From the NCBI GenBank assembly GCA_010405405.1, contig MU004233.1, forward strand, positions 2,458,539-2,522,538: a stretch of 64,000 nt of DNA, given 5' to 3'. Positions 1 through 11,831 of the stretch are shown here, in pieces. A model generated the notes under the pieces. That model did no database searches, had not been told where the DNA came from, and was given only the letters and a program-made list of their open reading frames with translations. The stretch comes from Microthyrium microscopicum (taxonomy: Eukaryota). The translations under genes and the position numbers were made by a program. Within the stretch, counting starts at the first letter, position 1. The number at the start of each line of letters is the position of its first letter.

Positions 1-834
1 GCACGAGAGATGAATCGGCTAACAAACGCGGCCACCACTGCGCCACCAGCTACTCCGCTCAATTGGAAAGATCAAACAGCCCTTCACGCGGCTCTGAGAA
101 CTGTCATAGGACCTGACACAGATTACGATCCTCTGGCTCCCTTCATAAATCCAATGAACTATCTAATCCCAGCCTACGAACACGTCTGGACAGTCGTTCT
201 ACGTGGTGTGATAGAAGTACTCACTCCATCTGAAAACTCGCCAAAGTGGCAGGAGTCTCTACAGTCTTTCGTGGGACCTGAAGAAGATGGTGAAAGAATC
301 TGGGATACAGACGACGACGAGGAACACAAGATACCACCTGCTGATATCATTAAGGAAATACTGCGATTGCACCCCCCAATCCGACATGTCCGTCGTCAGG
401 TGACAGCAGGAGACAGCGAAGTCTTCACCGATATTACTAAATGTCATCGTTCAGAATTACTTGCTCCTGGAGACCCGTTGGAATTCCGCCCCGAAAGATG
501 GCGACAGCTTCGACAAGCTTACTGTCATGGCGATACGGCGCAAGACATCAAGACGAAGGAAAGGCAGCTTGGTTTCATGCCCTTCGGACTCACATGTCCG
601 TCAGATAGTTTGGAGGCAAGTGACTTTGGAATGAAGTTGATTGCAGTGCTCGTTGGGGTCTTTTGTGGGCTGTTACAGGATACTTGGAACTTGGAACCAT
701 TAAGTTCGTTGCCTCGACCTTTGGATTCGGACAGAAACGCATTTCAGGATCTGATGCTGGACGATGAAGATGATGAGGATCATTTTGGCGGTGCGATTGA
801 CCAGCTCAGCGACCGAATGGAGACAGCACTCTAG
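1..834 (+). CDS. Cytochrome P450-like protein, C-terminal part (5' end probably outside the window); atypical motifs
   Basis: ExxR motif (KEILRLHPPI), PERF-like motif (FRPERW) and a Cys-pocket-like GFMPFGLTCP in the correct order; acidic tail; the frame is open from the window edge. Confidence 0.75.
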   Translation, partial: AREMNRLTNAATTAPPATPLNWKDQTALHAALRTVIGPDTDYDPLAPFINPMNYLIPAYEHVWTVVLRGVIEVLTPSENSPKWQESLQSFVGPEEDGERIWDTDDDEEHKIPPADIIKEILRLHPPIRHVRRQVTAGDSEVFTDITKCHRSELLAPGDPLEFRPERWRQLRQAYCHGDTAQDIKTKERQLGFMPFGLTCPSDSLEASDFGMKLIAVLVGVFCGLLQDTWNLEPLSSLPRPLDSDRNAFQDLMLDDEDDEDHFGGAIDQLSDRMETAL

Positions 835-994
835 CTGAAATTGGGCTACGTCTAGGATGTATCTTGTTCTATTTCCTTTAGACAACTTGAAGTAGAGCAA
901 GCTTTGTGATATTTCTGAGAGAACCAGTAGTTTGATTAAGATAAGTTCAATAGCTACCAAGGTGGCCTTGTATTCGGAGATGTGAGCAATGCAA

Positions 995-1208
995 CCAACC
1001 TGTGGACAAAATAATTGGCCTGCGCCCATCGAGTTCGATGGCTCCCACATGCCACGCTTTGCTATCGAGTGCTTTATTTCCAATAAAGGGTATTTATACT
1101 AGCTCAGTTTATTAAACGCGATGGAAAATATAGCGTCTCCTATTAGTACCGTTCGTGGAAGCCATTGAAGTTGATGGGGGCAGGCCAAATATTTTGTCCA
1201 CCAGTTGG
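995..1208. repeat. Long imperfect inverted repeat (fold-back/MITE-like element)
   Basis: 995-1048 matches the reverse complement of 1155-1208 at 46/54 positions; weaker pairing continues inward (~1063-1083 with ~1121-1143). Confidence 0.85.
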
Positions 1209-1279
1209 CAACTATCAAGGATCTCTCGACTGCAGTAACAAATCTCACGGAGTGAAGAATGCCCTATTAAGGCTTGAAA

Positions 1280-2208
1280 TTAGCTCTTCGGATTCCAGGT
1301 GGCATTCCAAACGGCGGAAAATGGGTCCTATAAAAGTTAACTTGTATAACAACACTGCAGGTAAACGCAAAATGTTGTATGTTTACGACGGAAAAAGCTT
1401 ACCCAAGTCGAATCCAAATGCCTCTCATACTCCAAAGTGTTTGCAATGCCCGAAGCAATGTCCTCCCCGTAATGTTTTTTGACAAAGGCAAAGGTTACGT
1501 CCAATCCAGCCGACACACCAGATGAGGTCCAGATTGGTATTTGGCCAGCAGTTTCGTCCTCCACCCATCGTGCTTTTGGCACCCACTGAACCTTTGGACC
1601 CTGACTAACGACCCAATCCCAATATTTTTTGTTGCCAGTCGCACGACGACCATCAAGTAAGCCAGTGCGGGCGAATAACCCTGCTCCCGTGCAGACAGTG
1701 ATGACATATCGCAGATTGGGAAAGACTTTTTTGATGTATTCTCTCACTGGAGCAGTTTGGTTAAGGACACGAGTTCCATAACCTGCTTTGGTGAGTGAGT
1801 GTAAGTTTGAAGGAGCTTTTGGCACAAACCTCCAGGGATCAGAAGCACTTCGAGATCTTTTGGTGCGTCTTCAAAAGTGTGCGTGATTGCAAGTGACTCT
1901 GCGAACGACGTGCCGGGTCTAGCACGCGGTGTGCGTGTAGACACTGGGTCTTTTGTAGCAGCCAAAACAACTAAATCTATGTCCACTTCCAAAGAGAGCA
2001 TATTCAGCACATCAAGAGGTCCAAAGACATCTTTAGCTGTTAGTATCGGACATCTTTGACGACTTCCAAGTTTGGCTGACTTACCAAGAGCTTGAAAACC
2101 AGGGAAAACCACGATTCCATATTTAGATGGGGGTGAGGTAATGTTTTGCGATGATATCGCGATACCGCTAAAAACTACTCCTATGAGAAGTAGGGAATAG
2201 GTCAGCAT
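1280..2208 (-). CDS. Secreted DJ-1/PfpI (ThiJ) family protein, 4 exons
   Basis: Hydrophobic signal peptide; FPGFQAL|DVFGPLD, LLIPGG|YGTR, nucleophile elbow TVCTGA, WTSSGVSAGLD and LEY..H...W|DPF motifs. Introns 2031-2084, ~1783-1829 and ~1328-1401; last exon DPFSAVWNATWNPKS* ends at 1280. Confidence 0.88.
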
Positions 2209-2872
2209 ATTGATGCAATAATGAAAACTGCTTTTTGACGCAGATATCTCTTAGATTTTATACCAGCAATGCCGCTCGAAATAGCTGTCAAAATAGATTG
2301 AGCATGTAATAAGAACAAGGAGAATCCAAGCGAGTGTTCAACTTACTTAACTAACTTGCTCAAAATATTGTTTGATACGGGTAGCTACACGTAGCATCAA
2401 TATGGAGCATTCAAAGAATGATCATGTTTAGCCAGGATTGAGGGACGAGATTGATCTTAGCAGGTCAATCGAACTTTGACGCGGAGCAATCTACCAATGA
2501 CAAGATCTCGTTAATAGTTTCCCTCCGAGCCAACAACATTCTGTTGCCTTTCAGCTTACTCACGAGGATGAGCGTCAGGCATAGGGCAATATCAAGATGC
2601 CGCTTGATCTAAAATCGCACTTTACTTTCAGTCATCCCGATCTCGAATCCTATCTCGAATCCTATCTCAACAATTCTTGGAACCCATGATTGATTCCAAA
2701 CCACCGAAGATCTAATAGCCGGCATCCAGTTATGTAAGTCATCGAGGATATGAATCCTCTAATGAATGCACGATGCGCCTCTTTGATGAGGATGGGAATC
2801 TCCAATAAGAACCTTGGAAGGTAATATGAAATTGATAGGAAAAAAACGTTATATCCTACGTGTCCAAGCAAT

Positions 2873-4722
2873 TTAGTCATCAGCAGTGACTATCAGTCCC
2901 TGGTGTCTACTTGCACAAAATGGCCCGCGACATTGTGCTTTCTGAAAAGACTCGCAATTTTCCACCACATTGGCTTCTGCTTCACTACCGCGTAAGTGCA
3001 TCCAGGAAGGGTCTGTTGGATCCGCTTCAGCTACGCGTTCTACTTGGAATATTACAGCGTCGCTGAATTTCGGAGACTGACTGAAGTTCCGCCGAAGACC
3101 ATACCTGGTATGGCATTGAGGTGAAAGACAACGGCCATGGACCATCCAACGTTCTTCGCCTATGTACAGGTCCTTCCAAATCTGGTCGAAATACCTGGAG
3201 AATTTACCTGGTTGATAGTTTTGTACAAACTCGAGTATACGGTCGCTAGATGTACGCATGTGCGGGCATATTACAGCATCCAGCTTATACAGGGCGAGAG
3301 ATAATCTTGCTGAAGTAGCAAACTCTAGCTGGCCGAGGATGAACAGCAGATGAGGCTGCCTGATCGCGATTTTTGGGCCTATAGCACTGTTGACATAGAT
3401 TATAGTAGGAGCATCGTGCGATCTGAACAAGAAGGCGCGGTCAGCATCAGAGTGATGGTCCTTCTGACAGGATATGATCATATTGCCGAATTCTCGAGAG
3501 CCGTTGAGAACGCAGTGAGCAGATAGCGACATATGCTCGCAGATAGAAATGGAACCTAACTATGTCAGCGAAGCTCAATCTTCATAATCATTCATATGTT
3601 ATTTGTTCCCGCTAATAGACGGAAGTCCAGTCAATAGGCCGACGAATGTGATAAAATACTCCCGTCAAAGGCGATATCCACCATCGAGTACACTCTAGTA
3701 TCTCATGTTATATCTTTCATCGAAAGCGCAGAGTTGCACGTTCTTTATCGAGTGCGCTGGGAATGAAAGCATGTTCTCATTATCGAGTGCGATGGCAGCC
3801 ATCGTCGTTGATGGGAGCTTGTCATTGACTTTGTACATTGCTTGACCGACCAGAAATAAAATTGACTCACCATGTAGACCGGTACATAGTTGTAGTGTAG
3901 CCCAGGATTTACGATGTCTAGGAAACTGACTTGGCTCATGCAGAGCCAGACAGCCAAAGCAGTTGTCTGCGGTTTCCCAGACCTTTTCATTCCAGTGATA
4001 TTGAGTCTGAATCTGTAGTCGTAAGTCCCGTTCTTCCTGACATTTGATCCGGCACTTTTCTATGTCGGAAAGAGCAAAATTCGCTGGTGCTGAGAAAACC
4101 CTTCTGAATTGGTTGCATACTCGTTGCATGTGTACGAGGCTTACAGGCGTGAGATGTTGTCTAATAGTTGATCAGCCCTGACGTTTATCCCAGTCTCTTA
4201 TCGAGACAGTGCAACCTACTTGATCATTAACAAAAGCTCGTCAGGTAGCCTCCAGAGCACACTTTCGGAGCTATTGTGCCATTCCTCTGATGCAATGAAT
4301 GATGGACAGCGTAAATCTGTTTGACCAAAGCTCGCTGGAGGCTGCTTTGGGTTTGCCTCGAAACTTGACCATTCCTCTTGGGTCGGAATGTAGAATGACA
4401 CATTTGCAAGCCAAAGGCTTACTTTAGAAATACTTTGGTCAAGCTCCAGAGTACCTGGCTCAGCAGCGGTCAGTTCTTCTGCAAATCCAGTATCACTTTC
4501 GTGTCTTTGCTTGCTCCCATTATCTGGTTTGACATCTAGCCACTTGTGGTTCCTGTAGCTGCTATTTGATTGAAAAGCGCCGCCGTTTGGATTTGGAAAG
4601 TATTCGGGGAACTGCCCTGGTGCAGTAGTAAGAACGAAGGAGTGGCCCAAACCCATGTAGACGCATGTCGGCCGGCTCTCCTGCTTATAACCAACAGTAC
4701 GAGGAGGAAGAAATGAGTTCAT
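2873..4722 (-). pseudogene. F-box-domain gene, apparently disrupted by several in-frame stops
   Basis: Splicing 4161-4219 gives LWRLPDELLLMIK|QHLTPVSLVHMQRVCNQFRRVF (F-box-like). ORFs 3695-4129 and 2873-3532 share a frame but are separated by five stops, with no good GT donor before the first. ICEHM/ICPHM motifs recur. Confidence 0.55.
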
Positions 4723-5926
4723 CTTGTTGCGCTGACATTATTAGGACCAGGAAATACTTCCAATACCGAGAAGAGCACAGAAAGTTGGGAAGAGGTTCGC
4801 CTTAAATACGTGTGCGAAGCATGCTTCAATGTAGTGGTTCAAGTCTTGACATTTACCACTATAAAACCTGCGGGAGATGCTCGGATTGGCCCAGACTTGG
4901 GTGGGCTACCATTAACTTCTTTCTGGTGTTGAGTTAAGGGGGCTGCTAAGATGAGTATTGCCATCGATAACGATGACTGCCATAAAACTTCTAAAAGAGT
5001 GACTGCTGTGGTTCCCATCGTACTCTCTCACTAATGAATGAAGCCTTTTCTTCGAAATAAGTGGAGGTGGCAAATATCGTAGTTGATGGGAGTATCCGTA
5101 CTTATCTATCCGAGCGGCTCACTTTGACATTTAAAAGATGCCCTTGGCGTTTCGGCGATTTAATAATTCGGTATCATCAAAAATCGGGTAAAAATGAGGT
5201 GCTAAGCTACCATCGAAACACTTTGGTACTGCACAACATGCTGACACGACAGCCTCATTAAAACCAACATACTGAACCCAACACGATTGCAAACTCTGAA
5301 GCTTCGATAGGGTTCGGATCTCATAATCTTAAGATAATCCGACTGGGGCGATCACGGTCATTGAGCGGCTACCAGTAGTTAGCCTGTTACTGATGCTGTA
5401 AGCTCTACGTGTGAGGTCCTCGAAGCATCACTTCGGTGAGCGAGGAAGCCTGAAAGACATGAGCCCTGCCCACGCATTAAACTTCCAGGGCACTTCATGC
5501 TCCGTAGAGGGGTGGTGATATAGTGAATTAGTGATGCGTTCGAGTATGGATGCCTGATGAGTTCCTTGCTCTTGCATTATCCATTACGAACGGGTACTGA
5601 AGAGGTGACGACTACAGTATCGAATGATTGCTCTCTGTTTAAAGCATGATCAACGATTGAATAATGGACAGATTTCATTCTCAAAGTAACAAACAAAGTG
5701 AGAGTGAGGATGGAGAATTGGAGATGGCGTGGAAAGACGAAGAAATGCAATTGGAACCTTAACGCTTGGACCAAAGCGCCACGCGCCCGAGCCACGTCGC
5801 CCAGGTTCAACGTCAACTGTGAAGCTCCCAAGGTTCCATCTACTACTTCGCGATCTTCAAACTTTATCCTCCATAACCTCATTCGCGTCACCCTTTTCAT
5901 CCTGCCTGTATTGCTCGCCATCTGCA

Positions 5927-8900
5927 ATGTTTTCTGGCTCTAATTCCTATTTGGGCGGCTCCAACTCCGCTCGGCCTGGCCAGCCATCGCCATTTGCACC
6001 TCAGCAGCCTCAACAGCAGCAACCGGGCGCTCCTTATGGTCAGCAGCCTGGATATGGCCAGCAACAACAGCAACAGCAGCAGCAGCCGATGTATGGCCAG
6101 CCGACCGGATATGGTGCTCCTCTGCAGAGCCAATTTACCGGCTACCCTCAGCAGCCTCTTCAACAGCAGCAAACTGCTCAACCACTGCTGCCCTTACAGC
6201 AACAACCAACCCAGCAATATCAGCAGTATGGCGCTCAACAGCAACCGCAATTCCAACAACCAATGCAGCAACAGCTTCCCCAGCCGACTGGTTACCAACA
6301 GCAGCAGCAACCGCAACAACCACAGCCAACAGGCTTTCAACCACAACCACCAACTCAACAGACCCCTACACATGCCATCCAACCTCCTCCCCCGAATAGT
6401 GCTTCGAGGCAGGCACCACAGCCAACGGGTATGACATCTGCACAAATGGCTGATTCATTCCGGGGAAGCTCGTCTAGCTCGTCAAAACCCGCTCCCGCCG
6501 CAACTCGATCGTCCAAGATTCCGAACATACGATTGTCGTTTATAACTGCTTCAGATCAGGCCAAGTTTGAGCAGCTCTTCAAGTCTGCAGTTGCGGATGG
6601 GCAGGCTATGACAGGCGATCAAGCACGAGAACTGCTCATGCGTTCAAAGCTCACTGGGGATGCGCTAGCTCATATATGGACATTGTCTGATACCACCAAG
6701 TCGGGTCAGCTTCTATTCCCGGAATTTGCTTTGGCCATGTATCTCTGCAACTTGAAGCTGAATGGCAAGGAGATGCCCCCGTCGCTTCCAGAGAGGGTAA
6801 GGAATGAGGTGTCTAGCATGGTTGACATTATTTCGTTTGGTATTCCCGATGAAAAGCCACTACCAGCAATACAGGGCAATGCCCCGAACTTTTTTGACTC
6901 TCGCGAATCAAACCGCTCTCCTCCGGTCATTCAGCAGCCACAGCCACAAGTCTCGAATCAGCAGATTCTAGCAGGACTTTCATCTCAACCCACTGGTATG
7001 ATGCAACAGCAATTCACTGGATATCCTGGACAATCTGGAATGCCACAACAACCTACAGGAATGCCAATGCAACCCACTGGCTTACAGCCGCAGCAAACGG
7101 CTTATACTGGCATGCCTCAGGCTACCGGATACAATGGTCCGCGTCCACCTATACCACCCATGCCAACTGGCTATGGCGCTGGTCCGGTTGCGCCTCTCAA
7201 TGCTCAGCCAACAGGTGCTCCTGGTCAGTGGGGTCTTGTTAATGCTCCAGCATCTGGACTACCCAACATTGATGCATTGCACTCCCAAATGATGCCTCAA
7301 ACTGGTCGTGAAGGTGGCTGGTCGTCAGCTGGATTGAGTGGCAATGCAACCATCCCATGGGCTGTCACCAAAGATGAAAAGAAGATTTATGATGATATTT
7401 TCAAGGCCTGGGATGGTTTCGGAAAAGGATATGTTAGTGGCGATCAGGCCATTGAAATATTTGGTCAGAGTGGTCTTGCAAAGGATGATCTCATGAAAGT
7501 TTGGACCTTGTCAGATGTCAACGACAAGGGAAGACTGAATCTGGACGAATTCGCTGTCGCCATGCATTTGATTTATCGAAAGCTCAATGGGTATCCCGTA
7601 CCTAATCGTCTACCACCGGAGCTTACGCCTCCTTCGACTCGTAATCTGAATGATTCTATTGGTACGGTCAAATCTATGCTGCAGCGCGATGCCGAGCATC
7701 GTAAAAATACAGGCGCTTTCTTGCAACCCCAGCGGACCGGTGTCAGCTACTTGAAATCAAAATCATTTCGACAAGGCAGTCCTTTGGATGGAAAGGCGGA
7801 CGGAACAGTATTCAAAAACGATGATGATCACGTAGGCTATCGATCAAGCGCAAGACGTCGGATGGGAGCCGATGGAAGAACCCCTTCACCTGCGCCGGGC
7901 TCTCCTAACTCAGACACTGAGCTGTCGGGCGATCAGTTGCGCAAGCTTATTAAGGAGAAACAGATCCTTCTCGATGCTATCGACTTTAACGATGAGAATC
8001 AAGCCGAAGAGGATGAAACTCTGGATCGAAGAGATCGACGTGATGCTGATGAGCTTTTCCGCCGCATTCGTCGCGCCCAGGAAGAACTTGATAATCACCC
8101 AAATGCCTCCAAGGCTTCTAGTGGTGGATCTGATGCTGAGCGTCGACAGTTGAGTCGCCAGCTCCAGACGATGAATGACCGACTCCCAGATTTGGCTTCG
8201 CAAGTTCGTCGCTGTGAACGTGCCATCGCAGATGCCCAGCTTGAACTCTTCCGCCTCAAGGATGCAAAGGCTCATCCTGGTTCGGCCCCTCTCGTTGGCA
8301 CCGGACCTGGAGGCACTGTCACGGAGAACGATCGTCTCCGGGCTCGCGCTAAGGCTCTAATGCAACAGCGATCAGCCGCGCTCACCGGAAAGGCAGCACC
8401 TGCAACCGGCGACGATCCAGCTGCGGCAGCTCAGCGACTTGAGGCCGAGAGTCAACGAGTCCGAGACGAACGAGAGAAAAACGAGCGCATGGTCAAAGAT
8501 GTTGAAGAGGGCGTATCCACTTTTGGAAAGTCTCTACAAGACAGCTTAAAGGATGGTGCCCCGAGCTCATCTGCGGATCATGAGCGACGTCGATGGGAAG
8601 ATGGACTTGGAGTTGAAGAAGAGGTTCGCGATTTCATTTTTGAGCTTCAGCGATCGAGTGAATCAGCAAAGAGCCGAAAGCCCGCTGCCCGTGACAGTCG
8701 CCCCTCTCCTGTTGAGAATCGGTCTACTTCATTTGCAACTTCGGCGCCCCCAGCAGCAACCCCACCTCCTGCTGCATCATCTGGTGCCGCACCATCATAC
8801 GCATCTTACCGGACTGCGGAAGAACGAGCTGCATATATCAAGCAGCAAGCAGAACAACGAATGGCCGAACGGCTTGCTGCTCTGGGTATCAAACCTACCA

Positions 8901-10318
8901 AAGTTGGAGAAACACCCCAGCAAAGAGCGGAGCGAGAACGTAAAGAGCAGGAAGAGAAGCGTCAACGTGCCGAGGCAGAAGATGCTCAGCGGGAACAGGA
9001 GAGACAACGTCGACTCGCCGACGAGACTATCGCACCACCTTCAGTTGGCAAGCAGGCGAAGAAGCCGCCGCCACCGCCAACACGAAAGGGAGGCTCACAT
9101 ACTACTGCTCCGGCTCCCGTCGAGTCTAAACGAGCAGTGGAACAAGAGATCAGAGAGGAGCAGGTCGCACAAGAAGCTGAAACAAAGCGTCTAGAGTACG
9201 TTTTACATCTAAAAGTAATTTTCGATGTATCGCTAACAGATTACAGAAATGAAGAGCGTCATCAAGAAGACGAGCTCGCTAGAGAAAAGGAGGCTCAAGA
9301 GTCTCGTCTACGTGCCCTCGAGGAGCAAGTGCGGCAAGGCAAGCTCAAGAAAGAGGAAGAGAAGAAACGTAGACAGGCGGAAAAGAAGGCAGAAAAGGAA
9401 CGCGAGACTCGTCTTGCCGCTCAAAAGGCCGAGATTGAGGCTGCCAAGGAGCGTGAGAGACAACTCCAGCTGCAACTTGAGGGACTAGGAGACGATGATG
9501 ATTCTTCCTCTGACGACGATGCTCCCCAGGAACTTACGCCAACTGGAACAAACCCAACCGCAAGTCAAGAGCTTACTCCTCCCGCACAACCTGCAATTCC
9601 AGTCTCCATTCCTCCTGCTCCTCCTCTTCCAGCTTCCGAGGCACCATCTCCACCTCGAAGCACCTCCTCAACCCAGCCTTCCATCACCCCTTCAGTGGAC
9701 ACAGAAACCAAGAATCCTTTCTTGAAAAAGATGCAAGCCGAGAGCGCAGCCACTGTTCCCACTATCCCACCCGTTTCCGTCCAACCCCCATCAGAATCCA
9801 CTAACCCATTCCATCGTCTCGCCCAGCAAGAATCAAAGTCCACACCCGGCGACACTTCCCCTACCGCAACCCGTGCAGCCCGCCTCAAGGCCCGCGATGA
9901 TGATGACTGGTCCGTTGTCGACGAATCCTCCTCGGACGAAGAAGACGCGCCTATTGGCGGCGGTGCGAAACAGCTTGCCTCGTTGCTCTTCGGCACCATG
10001 GCACCTCCGCGTCCACTCTCTGCCATGGACAGCAAGAGCCCAACATCACCACCTCCTCCGCCGTCTAGTGCGCCACCGCCTCCGGGCAGTGGACCACCAC
10101 CTCCTCCTCCACTGCCAAGTAGTGGTGCACCACCTCCACCACCGTTGCCATCTGGTGGACCACCTCCACCACCGCCGATGCCAGCTCCATCTGGACCACC
10201 TGCAGGCGGTGTCGGCAGAGGTGCGTTGTTGGCCGGTATCACTGCCGGTGTAGGCTTGAAGAAGGTGCAGACTAAGGATAGAAGTACGAGCGCAACTGCT
10301 GGCCGAGTGCTGGATTAA
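5927..10318 (+). CDS. PAN1: Actin cytoskeleton-regulatory complex protein Pan1 (EH-domain endocytic scaffold)
   Basis: Likely start [11 protein letters not shown] at 5927; QPTG repeats; two EH domains ([21 protein letters not shown]..., [17 protein letters not shown]...); coiled coil; NPF motifs; polyproline; C-terminal WH2-like [18 protein letters not shown]. One 51-nt intron at 9196-9246. Confidence 0.96.
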   Translation: MFSGSNSYLGGSNSARPGQPSPFAPQQPQQQQPGAPYGQQPGYGQQQQQQQQQPMYGQPTGYGAPLQSQFTGYPQQPLQQQQTAQPLLPLQQQPTQQYQQYGAQQQPQFQQPMQQQLPQPTGYQQQQQPQQPQPTGFQPQPPTQQTPTHAIQPPPPNSASRQAPQPTGMTSAQMADSFRGSSSSSSKPAPAATRSSKIPNIRLSFITASDQAKFEQLFKSAVADGQAMTGDQARELLMRSKLTGDALAHIWTLSDTTKSGQLLFPEFALAMYLCNLKLNGKEMPPSLPERVRNEVSSMVDIISFGIPDEKPLPAIQGNAPNFFDSRESNRSPPVIQQPQPQVSNQQILAGLSSQPTGMMQQQFTGYPGQSGMPQQPTGMPMQPTGLQPQQTAYTGMPQATGYNGPRPPIPPMPTGYGAGPVAPLNAQPTGAPGQWGLVNAPASGLPNIDALHSQMMPQTGREGGWSSAGLSGNATIPWAVTKDEKKIYDDIFKAWDGFGKGYVSGDQAIEIFGQSGLAKDDLMKVWTLSDVNDKGRLNLDEFAVAMHLIYRKLNGYPVPNRLPPELTPPSTRNLNDSIGTVKSMLQRDAEHRKNTGAFLQPQRTGVSYLKSKSFRQGSPLDGKADGTVFKNDDDHVGYRSSARRRMGADGRTPSPAPGSPNSDTELSGDQLRKLIKEKQILLDAIDFNDENQAEEDETLDRRDRRDADELFRRIRRAQEELDNHPNASKASSGGSDAERRQLSRQLQTMNDRLPDLASQVRRCERAIADAQLELFRLKDAKAHPGSAPLVGTGPGGTVTENDRLRARAKALMQQRSAALTGKAAPATGDDPAAAAQRLEAESQRVRDEREKNERMVKDVEEGVSTFGKSLQDSLKDGAPSSSADHERRRWEDGLGVEEEVRDFIFELQRSSESAKSRKPAARDSRPSPVENRSTSFATSAPPAATPPPAASSGAAPSYASYRTAEERAAYIKQQAEQRMAERLAALGIKPTKVGETPQQRAERERKEQEEKRQRAEAEDAQREQERQRRLADETIAPPSVGKQAKKPPPPPTRKGGSHTTAPAPVESKRAVEQEIREEQVAQEAETKRLEYVLHLKVIFDVSLTDYRNEERHQEDELAREKEAQESRLRALEEQVRQGKLKKEEEKKRRQAEKKAEKERETRLAAQKAEIEAAKERERQLQLQLEGLGDDDDSSSDDDAPQELTPTGTNPTASQELTPPAQPAIPVSIPPAPPLPASEAPSPPRSTSSTQPSITPSVDTETKNPFLKKMQAESAATVPTIPPVSVQPPSESTNPFHRLAQQESKSTPGDTSPTATRAARLKARDDDDWSVVDESSSDEEDAPIGGGAKQLASLLFGTMAPPRPLSAMDSKSPTSPPPPPSSAPPPPGSGPPPPPPLPSSGAPPPPPLPSGGPPPPPPMPAPSGPPAGGVGRGALLAGITAGVGLKKVQTKDRSTSATAGRVLD

Positions 10319-10827
10319 GTGTTCCGACTGCTCTGTTCGATAGAGAATGACGGCACTGGGGTGATGTATGTACAGTTTTGCTTGTCTTTCGTTTCTTTTC
10401 TTGAACCTAGTCTGTAAACCGTCTTCTGGCGTAAACATTGTGCGCCCCTTTCATGTATATTCTCAGATTTGGCTTTGATACTTGTCTTGTCAATTTGCTG
10501 TGATAGATGAACTTGTTTATATTTCTATCCTAGGTTGTCAGGGGTATTCAGGGGTAGAGAATGCTCTTTTTTTCCAACTATACCTAGCTTTTGCTTATCA
10601 AACCATTTTATACTCTTATTCTGGCACTGGAACTATTTATCTCTGTGCATAACACATTCCTATGGCCCGTGAAACCGGATTTTTTGTAATGCTGACCCTC
10701 TTCTCCATCTTTTCCAGTCCTTGGAAATGACTCTCCTATCCACATTCTCCAAAGATGATCTACTATATCATCCAGGTCTCATTCATTCCATCCAACATCA
10801 GGATCAATATTTCGATGTTTCTCTTTT

Positions 10828-11831
10828 CTACTCCTCCTTCCCCTTCCCCTTCTCCTTAATCGCCCTCTCACCCTCCCCAAATACCGGCTTAAACACCCAG
10901 TCATAACTCCACCACATACCTCCAAACACCTTCGCCAAGATCCATTTCATCGCCCCCTGTCCCGCCTTTGGCAATATCCGCCTGACCAGCAAACTCGTCA
11001 ACATCACTGGTCCCCATAGCACTATGAACACTACCCGCCCGACCCGCTGCCCTCGCGTCCGCGCTTCATAGTGCGGCAGGCCGGCCAAATACGTCTGCCA
11101 GGCTGCTGGTAGTGCATGCTCGGCGGCTCCAAGGCGCAGGAGATTGATGTAGCGAAGACTCGGGTGCGGAGCGTACGTGGAAGGGCGGAAAGGCGAAGGC
11201 GGCGCAAGGAGTGTATGCGCTAAGAACGTCACTGCGCCCGATGAGGAGGACGCTGTTGATGCGGGCAGTGTTGTACAGGTCGCTTCGAACACTTCGTAAG
11301 TCGGGCCCTCTGTCGCTATCACATGCTCATAATCTGCCCTCGAAATCTCATACACCACGCCCACCAGCTCCTTGCTCGCGGACCCGCGGCGCACGACGTT
11401 GGCGAAACATGGCTCGACGTAGGGAATGCCGGGTAGCGTGAATGTCAGCGTGAGGTCAGGGACGCGTACGGGGACGGCGGAGAGCGGGCGGATGGAGCGG
11501 CTGCCTTGGAAGGTTGCGGCGCAGAGGTTGGAGCCGTAGGCTAGGTAGAGGACTATGGAGGCGGGTGGGTTTGTGAGATGAGATGATGGGGTGCGTGGGA
11601 GGGGAGACGGTGTTGGTTTGGGTGTGGGTGTGGAGCGGCGGGAGAAGATGGAGAATACGGTGGTGAGGAGGGTGGTTGATGGGGATGAGGGTGTGGTGGT
11701 GGTTGTGGTGTTGTCGGTGATCTGGGTAGAATATGTTAATGGCTGGGGGCGAAGAGAGTGTATAGGATAGGATTAGGTACGGCTTGGAGTTGGAGTTCAG
11801 CAGCTTGCTCGAATTGTGCTGGACGTTGCAT
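10828..11831 (-). CDS. GliK-like gamma-glutamylcyclotransferase with C-terminal hydrophobic helices
   Basis: The frame extends upstream of the listed ORF: VLYLAYGSNL...PGIPYVEPCFAN...LVGVVYEI...IATEG...PSLRY, the GGCT/GliK signature. Start inferred at ATG 11831 through a phase-0 intron (~11722-11780) with a weak GTACCT donor. Confidence 0.8.

Noticed and set aside
2637..2668. 12-bp tandem repeat (TATCTCGAATCC)x~2.5
   Set aside because: Short slippage repeat with no functional indication.
5729..5926. 66-codon N-terminal extension of the PAN1 ORF
   Set aside because: It begins at a non-ATG codon in CT-rich leader-like sequence; the Pan1-like N-terminus starts at ATG 5927.
9565..10438. Gly-rich and Arg/Trp-rich antisense ORFs over the PAN1 3' end
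   Set aside because: Shadow frames of the polyproline coding region.
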